Assembly: GCA_030649135.1 (NCBI GenBank)
Contig: JAUSGI010000004.1
Span: forward strand, 1-64,000
From: a bacterium
GTDB taxonomy: Bacteria > Patescibacteriota > Minisyncoccia > Phycocordibacterales > Zambryskibacteraceae
Direction of reading: 5' to 3'
Length of the DNA stretch: 64,000 nt
Part shown: positions 18,166 through 27,130 of the stretch, one piece after another
How the letters are laid out: each line of letters starts with the position of its first letter
How positions within the stretch are numbered: the first letter of the stretch is position 1
Program-made: the position numbers and the translations under genes
The notes under the pieces: model-generated
Told to the model about the DNA's origin: nothing
The model's input: only the letters and a program-made list of their open reading frames with translations
Databases searched by the model: none

Positions 18166-18408
18166 ATGACTATTAAGGTAAAGAAGGTCACTAAATATTC
18201 GAGATATTTTTTACTTCTTGCCGTCGCATCGCTTGCCTCGTTGGTATTAGCAGAAAGAAGTGGGGGCAGTCTTTCTGATACCTCACAAGGTGGGGTAATC
18301 CCTATTGTACACGCTGACGCTCCTGGTGGTGATAGTGGTGATAGTGGTGACGGTGACGCTGGTAGTGGTGGTGGTAGTGATTGTGGTAGTGCCGGTGACT
18401 GCTTATAA
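18166..18408 (+). CDS. Small secreted Gly/Asp/Ser-rich protein encoded by a short tandem repeat
   Basis: Signal-like N-terminus, then GGDSGDSGDGDAGSGGGSDCGSAGDC encoded by the ggtgatagt/ggtggtagt repeats. Confidence 0.4.
   Translation: MTIKVKKVTKYSRYFLLLAVASLASLVLAERSGGSLSDTSQGGVIPIVHADAPGGDSGDSGDGDAGSGGGSDCGSAGDCL
18325..18392 (+). repeat. Coding microsatellite (ggtgatagtggtgatagtggtgacggtgac… 9-mer-like tandem repeats)
   Basis: Seen directly. It produces the spurious poly-Val ORF in the other frame (18305 start). Confidence 0.7.
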
Positions 18409-18442
18409 GTGTCGGAGACCCCCCTTTAATTTTATCGATACC

Positions 18443-19537
18443 ATGGAAGAGAAAAATAGCGTCATAAAACCCACCATTGTTATATTTGCGGTAATAGTTA
18501 TCATCGCCATCATCCCATTTGTTTATTGGTATTCCCGAAAATCAGCAGAGCCCCAGAAATCGTTTTATACGCAACTGCTTGAAAAAAACAATGAATTTGC
18601 ATATGCCGAAGGACTTTTGAAGTCAAATAGATATGATGAGGCGGCAAGCTACTTTAGGCTTGCTCTTGAGCAAGCAGAGGGATATAAGGAAGAAGGTCAG
18701 TTGAAATACATGATTGCCACATCGGATGGTGAGGGTAGCAATCCAATTAATGGTATTGTCTTGCTCAAGGAAGTTGTAGCAAATAAAAATTATACACCGA
18801 TGATACGGGCGTATGCGGTGCAGTACATCGGGCATCTTCTTTATTCATACAACACATCAGAAATAAAAAACGAAGTGTTTAAGGACGAACCTTATAAAAG
18901 CTTTCTAGTCGAAGGAGATTATTCTCTTGCGCTTCGTAAGTTGTTTGAATACGCTTCCTCCTTTTACCCTCTTGGTATTCCTGAATTGAGAATTGCCAAG
19001 TGGTATTCAGCCGAAGTGCTGAAATTAACCCAAGGTGGAGTTAACGATGAGGCAACAGAGAGTGAAATAGAAAAAATGAAGTTTATTATCAGACAAAAGT
19101 TGTTAAATGTCGATAAATATCTTCTCGATATTGCAAAAGATGAGCAGGCCAGACATTACGGAGCAGAGGTGCTATATAGAAAGGGAGCGGTGCTGGGGGA
19201 GCTTTATCTCGCGGACGATACCAGTTTTGGTGACCCGGAAGAGACATTCAAAAAGGCTTTAGAATTTTCAGCAATCAGAACGGGGCAAGAATCCTCAGCG
19301 AGGTATTATTATGCAGTTTTCCTTGCAAAAATGTATGGTGAAAAAAGAGCTAATGACATACAAAAATTACTCAATGACTTTTATGCCGGTGACGAGTTCA
19401 GTAGGACTAATACCGTTAAGTCCATTAAAAACGAAAAGAACAACTCATTAGGTCTGAAAAGTGATATTCTTCTTCTCGCGGAAATCGATAGTAATTTTGC
19501 AACATTTCTCAAGACTCTTGGTTGGGTGATTAAATAA
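18443..19537 (+). CDS. Membrane-anchored hypothetical protein (helical, TPR-like)
   Basis: Start at ATG 18443 (MEEKNSVIKPTIVIFAVIVIIAIIPFVYWY, a TM helix); the remainder is helical and repeat-like. The 18305 start is an artefact of the microsatellite. Confidence 0.5.
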   Translation: MEEKNSVIKPTIVIFAVIVIIAIIPFVYWYSRKSAEPQKSFYTQLLEKNNEFAYAEGLLKSNRYDEAASYFRLALEQAEGYKEEGQLKYMIATSDGEGSNPINGIVLLKEVVANKNYTPMIRAYAVQYIGHLLYSYNTSEIKNEVFKDEPYKSFLVEGDYSLALRKLFEYASSFYPLGIPELRIAKWYSAEVLKLTQGGVNDEATESEIEKMKFIIRQKLLNVDKYLLDIAKDEQARHYGAEVLYRKGAVLGELYLADDTSFGDPEETFKKALEFSAIRTGQESSARYYYAVFLAKMYGEKRANDIQKLLNDFYAGDEFSRTNTVKSIKNEKNNSLGLKSDILLLAEIDSNFATFLKTLGWVIK

Positions 19538-19569
19538 ATTTTTATCTCATAACAAAGGGAGTCCGTAAT

Positions 19570-20004
19570 ATGAAACGATACGAAAAGATAATACTGGTTA
19601 TACTTGCCGTTATCGCTACAGTACTAGCAATCTACCTTACCCCACTTAAGAACCTCAACCTCATAGAACCAAGGATTAATACTATTGACCCTAAAACTTT
19701 CTATGATGCCTATGTAAAGAATCCAGATGCGTATGTGTTCATTGATGTCCGCCCGGATAGTAGTTATCAGAGCATTCACGCTCCCGGGTCGATCAATGTT
19801 CCCTTGCACACACTTTATGACGAACGACGTGTACTGCCGAAACGCGGCAAAACAATAGTGCTTATCTGTAGTGGCAACCGTGCTTCTAGAGTTGGTTACG
19901 GATATCTCGAACACTACGGCTTTCTAAATTTGATGCAAATTGAAGGTGGAATAGAAAACTGGCAGCTAGAAGGATTGCCCGTTGAAACCAGAGGCATATT
20001 ATGA
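19570..20004 (+). CDS. Rhodanese-domain sulfurtransferase (membrane-anchored)
   Basis: N-terminal TM helix; rhodanese fold with active-site loop LICSGNRAS (catalytic Cys). Confidence 0.8.
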   Translation: MKRYEKIILVILAVIATVLAIYLTPLKNLNLIEPRINTIDPKTFYDAYVKNPDAYVFIDVRPDSSYQSIHAPGSINVPLHTLYDERRVLPKRGKTIVLICSGNRASRVGYGYLEHYGFLNLMQIEGGIENWQLEGLPVETRGIL

Positions 20005-20678
20005 AAGTTAGGGGAGTTCAGGTGATCGTCGCTATCTTGGTGCTTGTTGGCATTTATATTGCCGTACTGTTCTTTTCGCAAAATGACCAAACTACAGGAG
20101 GTGCTGCTTATCGACAGCCAGAATTAAAATTATCGTTTCGAGAAAACGAGCGTCTCTTGGGTACGGCTACTGCGTCGGTTAAAATAGTTGAATATGCTGA
20201 AGTGGAATGCATTTATTGTAAACGTCTCCACTCGGTGCTTCTGCGCGTCATTGGTGAGAGCGAGGGTAAAGTAGCGCTAGTATACCGGCACTTTCCCCTC
20301 CCGATCCATCCAAAATCTTTTACCGAAGCCATAGCCCTAGAATGTGCCGCTGAAGCAGGCGGCGACTCCACTTTTTTTAGGTACCTCGAGGCCCTTTATG
20401 AAGCCACCCCGTCCAATAATAAAATAGATCTGGCGATACTGCCAGAGCTTGCTCGAACTATCGGTATTTCTAAAGAGATATTTAATAAGTGTTTGGCGGG
20501 TGATCGTCACAAGATGCGCGTGCGTGACGATATGGAATCTGGTTTCGCGCTTGATGTTGATTCTGTGCCACAGCTTTTTGTTATTGCGCCCAATGGTAAG
20601 GTATTTGTATTTAGGAATTCGCCGAGCTATGCCGTACTCAACGCCACTATTATTGCGGCACTCGGGTTAACAAATTAA
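20001..20678 (+). CDS. DsbA-like thiol:disulfide oxidoreductase (thioredoxin fold, CxxC)
   Basis: N-terminal TM/signal segment; active site CIYC in a thioredoxin-like context (…EYAEVECIYCKRLH…). Confidence 0.75.
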   Translation: MKVRGVQVIVAILVLVGIYIAVLFFSQNDQTTGGAAYRQPELKLSFRENERLLGTATASVKIVEYAEVECIYCKRLHSVLLRVIGESEGKVALVYRHFPLPIHPKSFTEAIALECAAEAGGDSTFFRYLEALYEATPSNNKIDLAILPELARTIGISKEIFNKCLAGDRHKMRVRDDMESGFALDVDSVPQLFVIAPNGKVFVFRNSPSYAVLNATIIAALGLTN

Positions 20679-20688
20679 GAGAAGTACC

Positions 20689-21210
20689 ATGGGGTTAATT
20701 ATTATTTTCAAAAGACTCAACTATATTTTTCTAGTTGTATTGACTGCGCTTTTGGTTTTTTTAGCACTGACATTTTCTGCCAATATAGGTATTGTGGGCA
20801 GTGTTGTTTTCGCTGGTGCTCTTCCTGCCTCGACTAAAATAAACATTCTCTTGAATATCCCATACGGATATATTTCTGAATTTTCATCACAATCTCTCGT
20901 CGCAATATTATTTTCTTTGCTTTTCGGTGTTAACCTCGCTGGGTTCGTCTATTATGTGCGGCTCTACAGAGCAACTGCCATCTCTGCCGTTGCTGCGCTA
21001 GGTAGCGGAAGTATTATAAGTGCGATTGTTGGCGTTGGTTGTATTTCGTGTGGTTCGCTTGTCGCCGCCTTTCTCGCTTCGCTATTTGGCGCCTCAAGTC
21101 TGTCGATCATTCTTCCGTTTGGGGGTACTGAATTTAGTCTCGTCAGTATCCTGCTCCTGCTTATATCGATAATGCTCTTGAATCAGAAAATAAAACAAGC
21201 GTATCTATAA
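20689..21210 (+). CDS. Polytopic membrane protein with intramembrane CxxC (CISC)
   Basis: Four or five predicted TM helices; the only two Cys form CISC inside a helix. Adjacent to DsbA. Confidence 0.45.
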   Translation: MGLIIIFKRLNYIFLVVLTALLVFLALTFSANIGIVGSVVFAGALPASTKINILLNIPYGYISEFSSQSLVAILFSLLFGVNLAGFVYYVRLYRATAISAVAALGSGSIISAIVGVGCISCGSLVAAFLASLFGASSLSIILPFGGTEFSLVSILLLLISIMLLNQKIKQAYL

Positions 21211-21219
21211 AAAATAAGC

Positions 21220-21250
21220 GGGACGTGGAGGTTGTGACCCTCCACGTCCC
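21220..21250. terminator. Perfect 12-bp stem hairpin (gggacgtggagg-ttgtga-ccctccacgtccc), a bidirectional terminator candidate between convergent genes
   Basis: Seen directly; a second hairpin gcggttc-tgg-gaaccgc lies at 21254-21270. Confidence 0.6.
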
Positions 21251-21274
21251 GTTGCGGTTCTGGGAACCGCGAGA

Positions 21275-21835
21275 CTAACGAACCTTCTCGAGCGTACCGA
21301 CCCAGGAGAGGCCCGGGCCAGTGACCGTTGCGTGTAGTCGTCCGTCTTGCTTGATGGAGAGCAAGTAGACGTTACCTTTGGAGTCGGTAACGACTATCTT
21401 CTCACCATCAGCCCGTACCTTGGCCTCACGGCGGCCCGACCAGGTCCTGCCATAGTTCTGGTCACGTCCGCCGACATAGCGGCCGATACCACTAGACACC
21501 ATGGTGGTCGCCAGAGGCGAGATCCTCTCGAACGCGAGTACCTGATGGGCCATCAGGACGTTTGCCGATCCGCCACGAAATTCGCCGACCCAGACACCAG
21601 AGAGCCCGGCAACTTCCGTCGGGACACTAGGGTCCGGCGGGGTGATGTTGATGTCCGGGAGCACGGGCACATCCGGGACATGCTTCCGTATGACTTCCGT
21701 AAGCGATGTCGTCTCCATGCTGGGAGACGCAGCCTGCGCCACCTGGTTTCCGTCGGCCTGCTGGGCCGACGCCGGCACGTTGATGCTGGTGATGAAAAGA
21801 GCGATTACCACTGCGATCAGTGAAAAAGTCTTCAC
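21275..21835 (-). CDS. GC-rich secreted hypothetical protein
   Basis: GTG start at 21835, preceded by GGAGG with a 5-nt spacer; signal peptide KTFSLIAVVIALFITSINVPASA. The region is markedly GC-richer than its flanks (by eye). Confidence 0.5.
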   Translation of the reverse strand: MKTFSLIAVVIALFITSINVPASAQQADGNQVAQAASPSMETTSLTEVIRKHVPDVPVLPDINITPPDPSVPTEVAGLSGVWVGEFRGGSANVLMAHQVLAFERISPLATTMVSSGIGRYVGGRDQNYGRTWSGRREAKVRADGEKIVVTDSKGNVYLLSIKQDGRLHATVTGPGLSWVGTLEKVR

Positions 21836-21997
21836 GATGACCTCCTGTGTGTTTAGGGTGAGCTGCTTGATGGGGATTGTCTGTGCGTAGTATACCATAT
21901 ACTACCTACAAATACAACGACCTGGGTGCGTGCCCATAATATGGCCAATTAGCCTGACTTTTCAATTTTTGAATAAAGTAGTGAAAAAGCATATCAT

Positions 21998-22813
21998 GTG
22001 GATATCATGAAACGGTGGCAGAATTTTTTATTAGTGATTATCGTAGTCGTATTTATTTCCGTCTATACAAGTAGAGATTCTCTTGCGCTACTTGTTTGGC
22101 AGGAGTATCACTTGCCCCAAATGGCAGTTCTGCTTGACGGCAATAATGCAGAGTTAGCGATGTCTATGGGGGGCTACTATTTTAATAGCGTAAATGGAGG
22201 CGGGGAATATAATGTCGAGGTTGCCGAAAAAGCTTACGAAAAAGCAGTTTCGATAAATCCAGGAATTTTGTGGGGGCACTATCAGTTGGCACGGATTCAT
22301 TTTGTGAAAGGTGATTTCGCCGGCGCACTTGAAGAAATAAATAAAGAACTTGAAGCCAACCCAGAGAATCTTCGTTCGCTTTACATACGCGGACTTATCT
22401 ATGGCTATCGGAATGAAGTAGGGGATTTGGAAAAAGCTGAGGCCGACTTTCGCCGGTTCACGGAGTGGGCTCCTTCTGAATGGGCTGGATACAATGATTT
22501 GGCCTGGGTTCTCTTAAAGGAGGGGAAATATGCAGATACAGAAATTGAACTAAAAAGGGCGTTTGAGAATATATCAGAGGGAAATATGAACCCGTGGCTC
22601 TGGAATGCTCGAGGAGTGGCAGAGTTAAATCTTAGAAAATATTCTCGTGCCACTAATTCTTTTAAAAGAGCCAAAGAGTTGGCAGAGAAATTGACTCTGG
22701 AAGATTGGCGGCGTTCTTATCCGGGCAATAATCCTGCCACAAGTGGCGAAGGGTTCTCGGCTTTTCGAAGAGCTATTGACGAGAATCTTCGTCGCGCCGA
22801 GAGTAAAAGATAG
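21998..22813 (+). CDS. Membrane-anchored TPR-repeat protein
   Basis: N-terminal TM helix, then TPR-like helical pairs (…AYEKAVSINPG…YQLARIHFVKGDFAGALEEINKELEANPEN…). Confidence 0.6.
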   Translation: MDIMKRWQNFLLVIIVVVFISVYTSRDSLALLVWQEYHLPQMAVLLDGNNAELAMSMGGYYFNSVNGGGEYNVEVAEKAYEKAVSINPGILWGHYQLARIHFVKGDFAGALEEINKELEANPENLRSLYIRGLIYGYRNEVGDLEKAEADFRRFTEWAPSEWAGYNDLAWVLLKEGKYADTEIELKRAFENISEGNMNPWLWNARGVAELNLRKYSRATNSFKRAKELAEKLTLEDWRRSYPGNNPATSGEGFSAFRRAIDENLRRAESKR

Positions 22814-22865
22814 CTGTGGATAACGGTTGGGGGCTCTCAGCGGGTATTTTGCTATACTTTAACTA

Positions 22866-24605
22866 GTGGTAAACACACTTTTGTCTAAGAAGAAAATTCT
22901 TCCCGTAGCTATACTTTTGGGCGGTTTGTTAATCGCTTTGGGTGTTTTTATATCGGCTAATTTTGCTTCAGCTCAATCTTATAATGTTTCGCAATGGACT
23001 GAAGAAACCGGGGCCGGGATCTCTACACCCGCCTGTAGCTCCGCGGCTCCTTCGGTAACCTGTGTAGGCAACAAGCCGAAGGTGACCCTCTCCTGGGCCT
23101 ATGATACTCGTATTCCAAGCAAGCATGGGGAATGCGTCAAGGCAGCATACTCTATTTGGTCACCGGGTATTGATGATACCTTAATAGAATGGGGTGATAA
23201 CAAAAATTGTACTGATGAAAAGAGTCTTGTTAATCTTGCGAACAATACACCCTACTCCTACAAAATTTATTGGGTAACGGTGACTGATATTGTTACCAGT
23301 GATGAGTTAGTGCGCTCATTCACCACACCGAATTGCACAGTGGATCCTCCGGCAACGCCAAACCTTAGTGTCGTCGCGAGCTGTTCTGCTGCCAACGTGC
23401 CGCAGGCGACGCTCTCATGGACTGTTTCTTCTGTAACGGGAATCAGTAATTACCACATTGAACGTTGCAGGGGAGTAAGTTGCACAGCATTTTTACAAAT
23501 TAACACCTCTACTACCTCTCCTTATACAAGCCCCGTCCTCGCGACGAGTACTACCTATCGTTATCGAGTTCGCTCCCACAGTCACACCAATACATTTTTT
23601 AGTCCGTACTCAAACGTTGTGACCGTGACAATGCCGGCAAGCTGTGTCCTTTCCCCTGACCTTACTGCAGGAGCCACTACAGCAATGCCATCACCCAGTA
23701 TTCCTGGGGAGAGCGTCTCATTTTCATCAAGTGTTTCCAACATTGGCACCGATGTTGCTTTAAACTTCCACAACATCTTCCAAGTCTCCAACAGCAGTAT
23801 GACCTCGACAATTGTAAGGGTGGACACGGGAATAGTTCCTTCACTTGCCGTAGGTTCCAGCACCAATATCTCCGGTTCTCACGCCTTTGTTTCTTCCGGC
23901 ACCTATAATGTTCGCGCTTGTGCCAATATGTTGACCTCTGGGAATATGAATATTGACATCGATGGCGAATCAGACGTGACCAACAATTGTGGTTTATGGA
24001 CGATAGTGGAAGTTTCATCGTTCGACTACAGTCTGTCCAATTCCGGCACATCGAATGTGACCAAGGCGAGTGGTAATGCTTTCACTACTAATACTATTAC
24101 CAAAACGTTACTTTCTGTGTCGACACAATCAGTAACTCTTGACGTGTCAGGTGAGCCATCTGGTGTAACACATTCCATTTCCAACCAGGGGTGCTCTCCC
24201 ACATGCACTTCGGTCATCACTTTCACCGTTCCCCCGAGTACTCCCAATGGTACTTACCTCATCAGGGTTACCGGTTCTCCTCTCAACAAACAGACGAGCT
24301 TCAACTTGGTTGTCTCGGGTAACCCCATGAGCGTCTCATGCTCATCTTCTCCGAAGACGGCGTTAGTTGGCGAACTTGTCACTTGGACAGCGAGTGTCTC
24401 CGGAGGCACTCCGCCACTATCATATTCGTGGAGCGGCACTAATATCCCAACTAGTCCGGCTCCCACTACCAACCCATTCAGTATTCGCTACAGTACCATT
24501 GGACCGAAAACTGCCACCATTACGGTTACTGACACGAATTCCGTACAAGCCTCATGCCCGTCTACCATTCAAATTAACTTTAACCCCCTGTTTGAGGAAT
24601 TTTAA
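22866..24605 (+). CDS. Large secreted surface protein with CARDB-like and PKD-like domains (paralog 1)
   Basis: Signal or TM N-terminus; PDLTAG…SNIGT (CARDB-like); C-terminal LVTWTASVSGGTPPLSYSWSGTN (PKD-like). Thr/Ser-rich. Confidence 0.7.
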   Translation: MVNTLLSKKKILPVAILLGGLLIALGVFISANFASAQSYNVSQWTEETGAGISTPACSSAAPSVTCVGNKPKVTLSWAYDTRIPSKHGECVKAAYSIWSPGIDDTLIEWGDNKNCTDEKSLVNLANNTPYSYKIYWVTVTDIVTSDELVRSFTTPNCTVDPPATPNLSVVASCSAANVPQATLSWTVSSVTGISNYHIERCRGVSCTAFLQINTSTTSPYTSPVLATSTTYRYRVRSHSHTNTFFSPYSNVVTVTMPASCVLSPDLTAGATTAMPSPSIPGESVSFSSSVSNIGTDVALNFHNIFQVSNSSMTSTIVRVDTGIVPSLAVGSSTNISGSHAFVSSGTYNVRACANMLTSGNMNIDIDGESDVTNNCGLWTIVEVSSFDYSLSNSGTSNVTKASGNAFTTNTITKTLLSVSTQSVTLDVSGEPSGVTHSISNQGCSPTCTSVITFTVPPSTPNGTYLIRVTGSPLNKQTSFNLVVSGNPMSVSCSSSPKTALVGELVTWTASVSGGTPPLSYSWSGTNIPTSPAPTTNPFSIRYSTIGPKTATITVTDTNSVQASCPSTIQINFNPLFEEF

Positions 24606-24615
24606 TTTCTCGGTA
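24036..24615 (+). repeat. Roughly 580-bp near-identical repeat, copy 1 (3' end of paralog 1)
   Basis: Almost base-for-base identical to 26451-27030, about 95 percent or more by eye, including the stop codon and first bases downstream. Confidence 0.85.
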
Positions 24616-24683
24616 CCACGGTAATTTTGCCAGCTTACTCGCATTGTGAAGTGGAAGAGTTCGGCATATACTAAAGTGTAGTA

Positions 24684-27020
24684 ATGACCTTCAAGCACGC
24701 GTCAATCCAACCTAATGTCTTACTTGCACTAATTTTTGCAGTAAGTTTTTTATTTGTATCTACCCCCACTGCCATCGCAGTTGATACCTGTAATGTCTCA
24801 CCACAAACTGCTGTTATCGGTGAATTAGTCACCTGGTCAGTCAGTGGTGTGCGGGGCCCTTTTTTGAGCGCAACTTACGAGTGGTCCGGGACTGATGGCC
24901 TTTCTGGCTCAACTCGGCTTGTACAGAAGTCGTACTCAAGCGCTGGAACGAAAAATGGATATGTGGAGTCCAGGACTCGGGGCATAGGGGAGGAAAGTTG
25001 CAGTATGACTGTGCTACCCGCTCCACTGCTTGTTGTTTCCTGTAGCGTTTCTCCGACGTCTGCCAGTCTTAATCAACCTGTCACGTGGTCTGCGACAGCT
25101 TCGGGAGGAGATTTGTTGGCGACGTCTCAGACTAGAAACTTTGGTAATCAGCCGTTGACAACCACGGTCTTTGACTTTAGTGGCCTTGTCGGCAGTGCGT
25201 CCGTGGATTCTTTTTATGTGTCATATGACTGGCAGTGGGAAGACGGGGGAAATGATGGTGTTGCTAAGGGAAACAGGAAAGTAAATGTTGGTCAGACTGG
25301 TCTTATCTTCTCGGCCTTGAAGGATGATGACAGTCACGGTGTGCCTGGCCCGAATTGTCTGGGCTATACTGGAAACTCTGACGCCTATGATTACTGCATG
25401 TCGATTCACAGTTCAAGCTGGAATAACGCTGCGAAGAAGCTCACCGTGCAATGGGAGGGTGTCACGGATAGAGATATCAACACTGTCACCAGATTTAATG
25501 TCACTGCCAAAGCCCCAGCCGAACATATTTTCTCGTGGTCAGGAACCAACGGCCTCTCCGGAACAACTGCCTCAGTTTCAAAATCATATTCCACTACTGG
25601 GGTAAAAACTGGGAACGTGACCGTCACATCTGGAAGTCAGTCGGTCACAGGAGTCTGTGATAATTCGGTGTCTGTGCTAGGCCCTCTTCCCGACCTTACC
25701 GCCGGCCCCGTTTTCCCTACTTCAGCGACAGCAGGTACCGCAAAGATATTTACCTCAACGATCAGTAATAAGGGTTCTCTAAGTACTGGTATCTCGTTTA
25801 ATAATTTCATGCAAGTGGCGACTGCTCCCAATGGTAGTGGGATTGTCAGTGATACTTCTTTCGTCGGTATGGCCGCTCTGGCCGCCGGTAGTGCCAATAC
25901 ATTTAGTAAATCGCATACTTTTGTTTCAGCCGGTATCTACTCACTTCGTGTGTGCGCTGACAAGAGTTCAGCTACAAACGCCGGTGTGATTAATGAGGGG
26001 ACAAACGAAGGGAACAACTGTGGCGCGTGGACAACAGTGACCGTATCGAATCTTCCCGACCTTACCGCCGGCCCCGTTTCTCCTAACTCGGCAACAGTAA
26101 GTATCGCAACCACTCTGTCCGCACCGGTCTCAAATATCGGAACGGGTTCGACCAGAGTGGGCTTTACCAGTCTCTTCCAGAAAGCCACGAGTAACACTGG
26201 TGCAAATGCTGCAGATATAGGTACTTTCACCAGGTCAAGTGCGTTTCTCGCAGGCGGTTCAATGACGGCTTCTCTTTCCTACACCTTCCCAAGTGCTGAT
26301 GGGGGCACGACCCGTTATATTCGTGTGTGTGCTGACAAGAGCTCTGCTACAAACGTTGGTGTGATTACGGAGTCGAACGAAAACAATAACTGTGGTGATT
26401 GGACTGATGTATCTGTGCTGGTGCCGCCATCGGCGTTCAACTACAATCTTTCCAATTCCGGCAACTCCAATGTGACCAAGGCGAGTGGTAATGCCTTTAC
26501 CACCAATACTATTACCAAAACGTTACTTTCCGTGTCGACACAATCAGTAACTCTTGACGTGTCAGGTGAGCCATCTGGTGTAACACATTCCATTTCCAAC
26601 CAGGGGTGCTCCCCCAGGTGTACCTCGGTTATCACTTTCACCGTTCCCCCGAGTACTCCCAATGGTACTTACCTCATCAGGGTTACCGGTTCTCCTCTCA
26701 ATAAACAGACGAGCTTCAACTTAGTTGTCTCGGGTAACCCCATGAGTGTCTCATGCTCATCTTCTCCTAGAACAGCATTAGTTGGCGAGCTTGTCACTTG
26801 GACGGCGAGTGTGACTGGAGGTACCCCACCTCTCGCATATTTATGGAGCGGCACCAACATCCCAACCAGTCCGGCTCCCACCACCAATCCGTTTAGTATC
26901 CGCTATAGCACTATCGGACCGAAAACTGCCACCATTACGGTTACTGACACGAATTCCGTACGAGCCTCATGCCCGTCTACCATTCAAATTAACTTTAACC
27001 CCCTGTTTGAGGAATTTTAG
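24684..27020 (+). CDS. Large secreted surface protein with PKD-like and tandem CARDB-like domains (paralog 2)
   Basis: N-terminal PKD-like motif (VTWSVSGVRGPFLSATYEWSGTDG). Two tandem CARDB-like modules (LPDLTAGPV…VCADKSSATN[AV]GVI…NNCG[AD]WT), then the shared C-terminal module. Confidence 0.7.
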   Translation: MTFKHASIQPNVLLALIFAVSFLFVSTPTAIAVDTCNVSPQTAVIGELVTWSVSGVRGPFLSATYEWSGTDGLSGSTRLVQKSYSSAGTKNGYVESRTRGIGEESCSMTVLPAPLLVVSCSVSPTSASLNQPVTWSATASGGDLLATSQTRNFGNQPLTTTVFDFSGLVGSASVDSFYVSYDWQWEDGGNDGVAKGNRKVNVGQTGLIFSALKDDDSHGVPGPNCLGYTGNSDAYDYCMSIHSSSWNNAAKKLTVQWEGVTDRDINTVTRFNVTAKAPAEHIFSWSGTNGLSGTTASVSKSYSTTGVKTGNVTVTSGSQSVTGVCDNSVSVLGPLPDLTAGPVFPTSATAGTAKIFTSTISNKGSLSTGISFNNFMQVATAPNGSGIVSDTSFVGMAALAAGSANTFSKSHTFVSAGIYSLRVCADKSSATNAGVINEGTNEGNNCGAWTTVTVSNLPDLTAGPVSPNSATVSIATTLSAPVSNIGTGSTRVGFTSLFQKATSNTGANAADIGTFTRSSAFLAGGSMTASLSYTFPSADGGTTRYIRVCADKSSATNVGVITESNENNNCGDWTDVSVLVPPSAFNYNLSNSGNSNVTKASGNAFTTNTITKTLLSVSTQSVTLDVSGEPSGVTHSISNQGCSPRCTSVITFTVPPSTPNGTYLIRVTGSPLNKQTSFNLVVSGNPMSVSCSSSPRTALVGELVTWTASVTGGTPPLAYLWSGTNIPTSPAPTTNPFSIRYSTIGPKTATITVTDTNSVRASCPSTIQINFNPLFEEF

Positions 27021-27030
27021 TTTCTTGGTA
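26451..27030 (+). repeat. Roughly 580-bp near-identical repeat, copy 2 (3' end of paralog 2)
   Basis: See copy 1. Confidence 0.85.
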
Positions 27031-27087
27031 TCGCCTTAATGTTTGCAAGTTCACTTGTACTGTTTTGCATGATAAAATGGTTCAATT

Positions 27088-27109
27088 CACCCCGCCATGG
27101 CGGCGGGGC
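27088..27109 (+). repeat. GC-rich palindromic motif, family B (caccccgccatggcgg[cg]gggc), copy 1
   Basis: Related copies at 48743-48767 and 57957-57998, each just after a plus-strand stop codon. Confidence 0.5.
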
Positions 27110-27130
27110 AAGCAATAAATAAAGTGAATT

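Noticed and set aside
18325-18392. CRISPR-like repeat array
   Set aside because: Units are 9 nt with no spacers, and the repeat is in-frame coding (Gly/Asp/Ser); it is a microsatellite, not a CRISPR.
18305-18442. Long 410-aa ORF beginning with a poly-Val/Ile stretch (MYTLTLLVVIVVIVVTVTLVVVVV…)
   Set aside because: The N-terminal part is the microsatellite read in another frame. The real gene most plausibly starts at ATG 18443 (MEEKNS…), which has a normal TM helix.
20689-21210. DsbB or VKOR homolog next to DsbA
   Set aside because: Both families need two Cys pairs. This protein has only one CxxC and no loop cysteines, so it is called only as a CxxC membrane protein.
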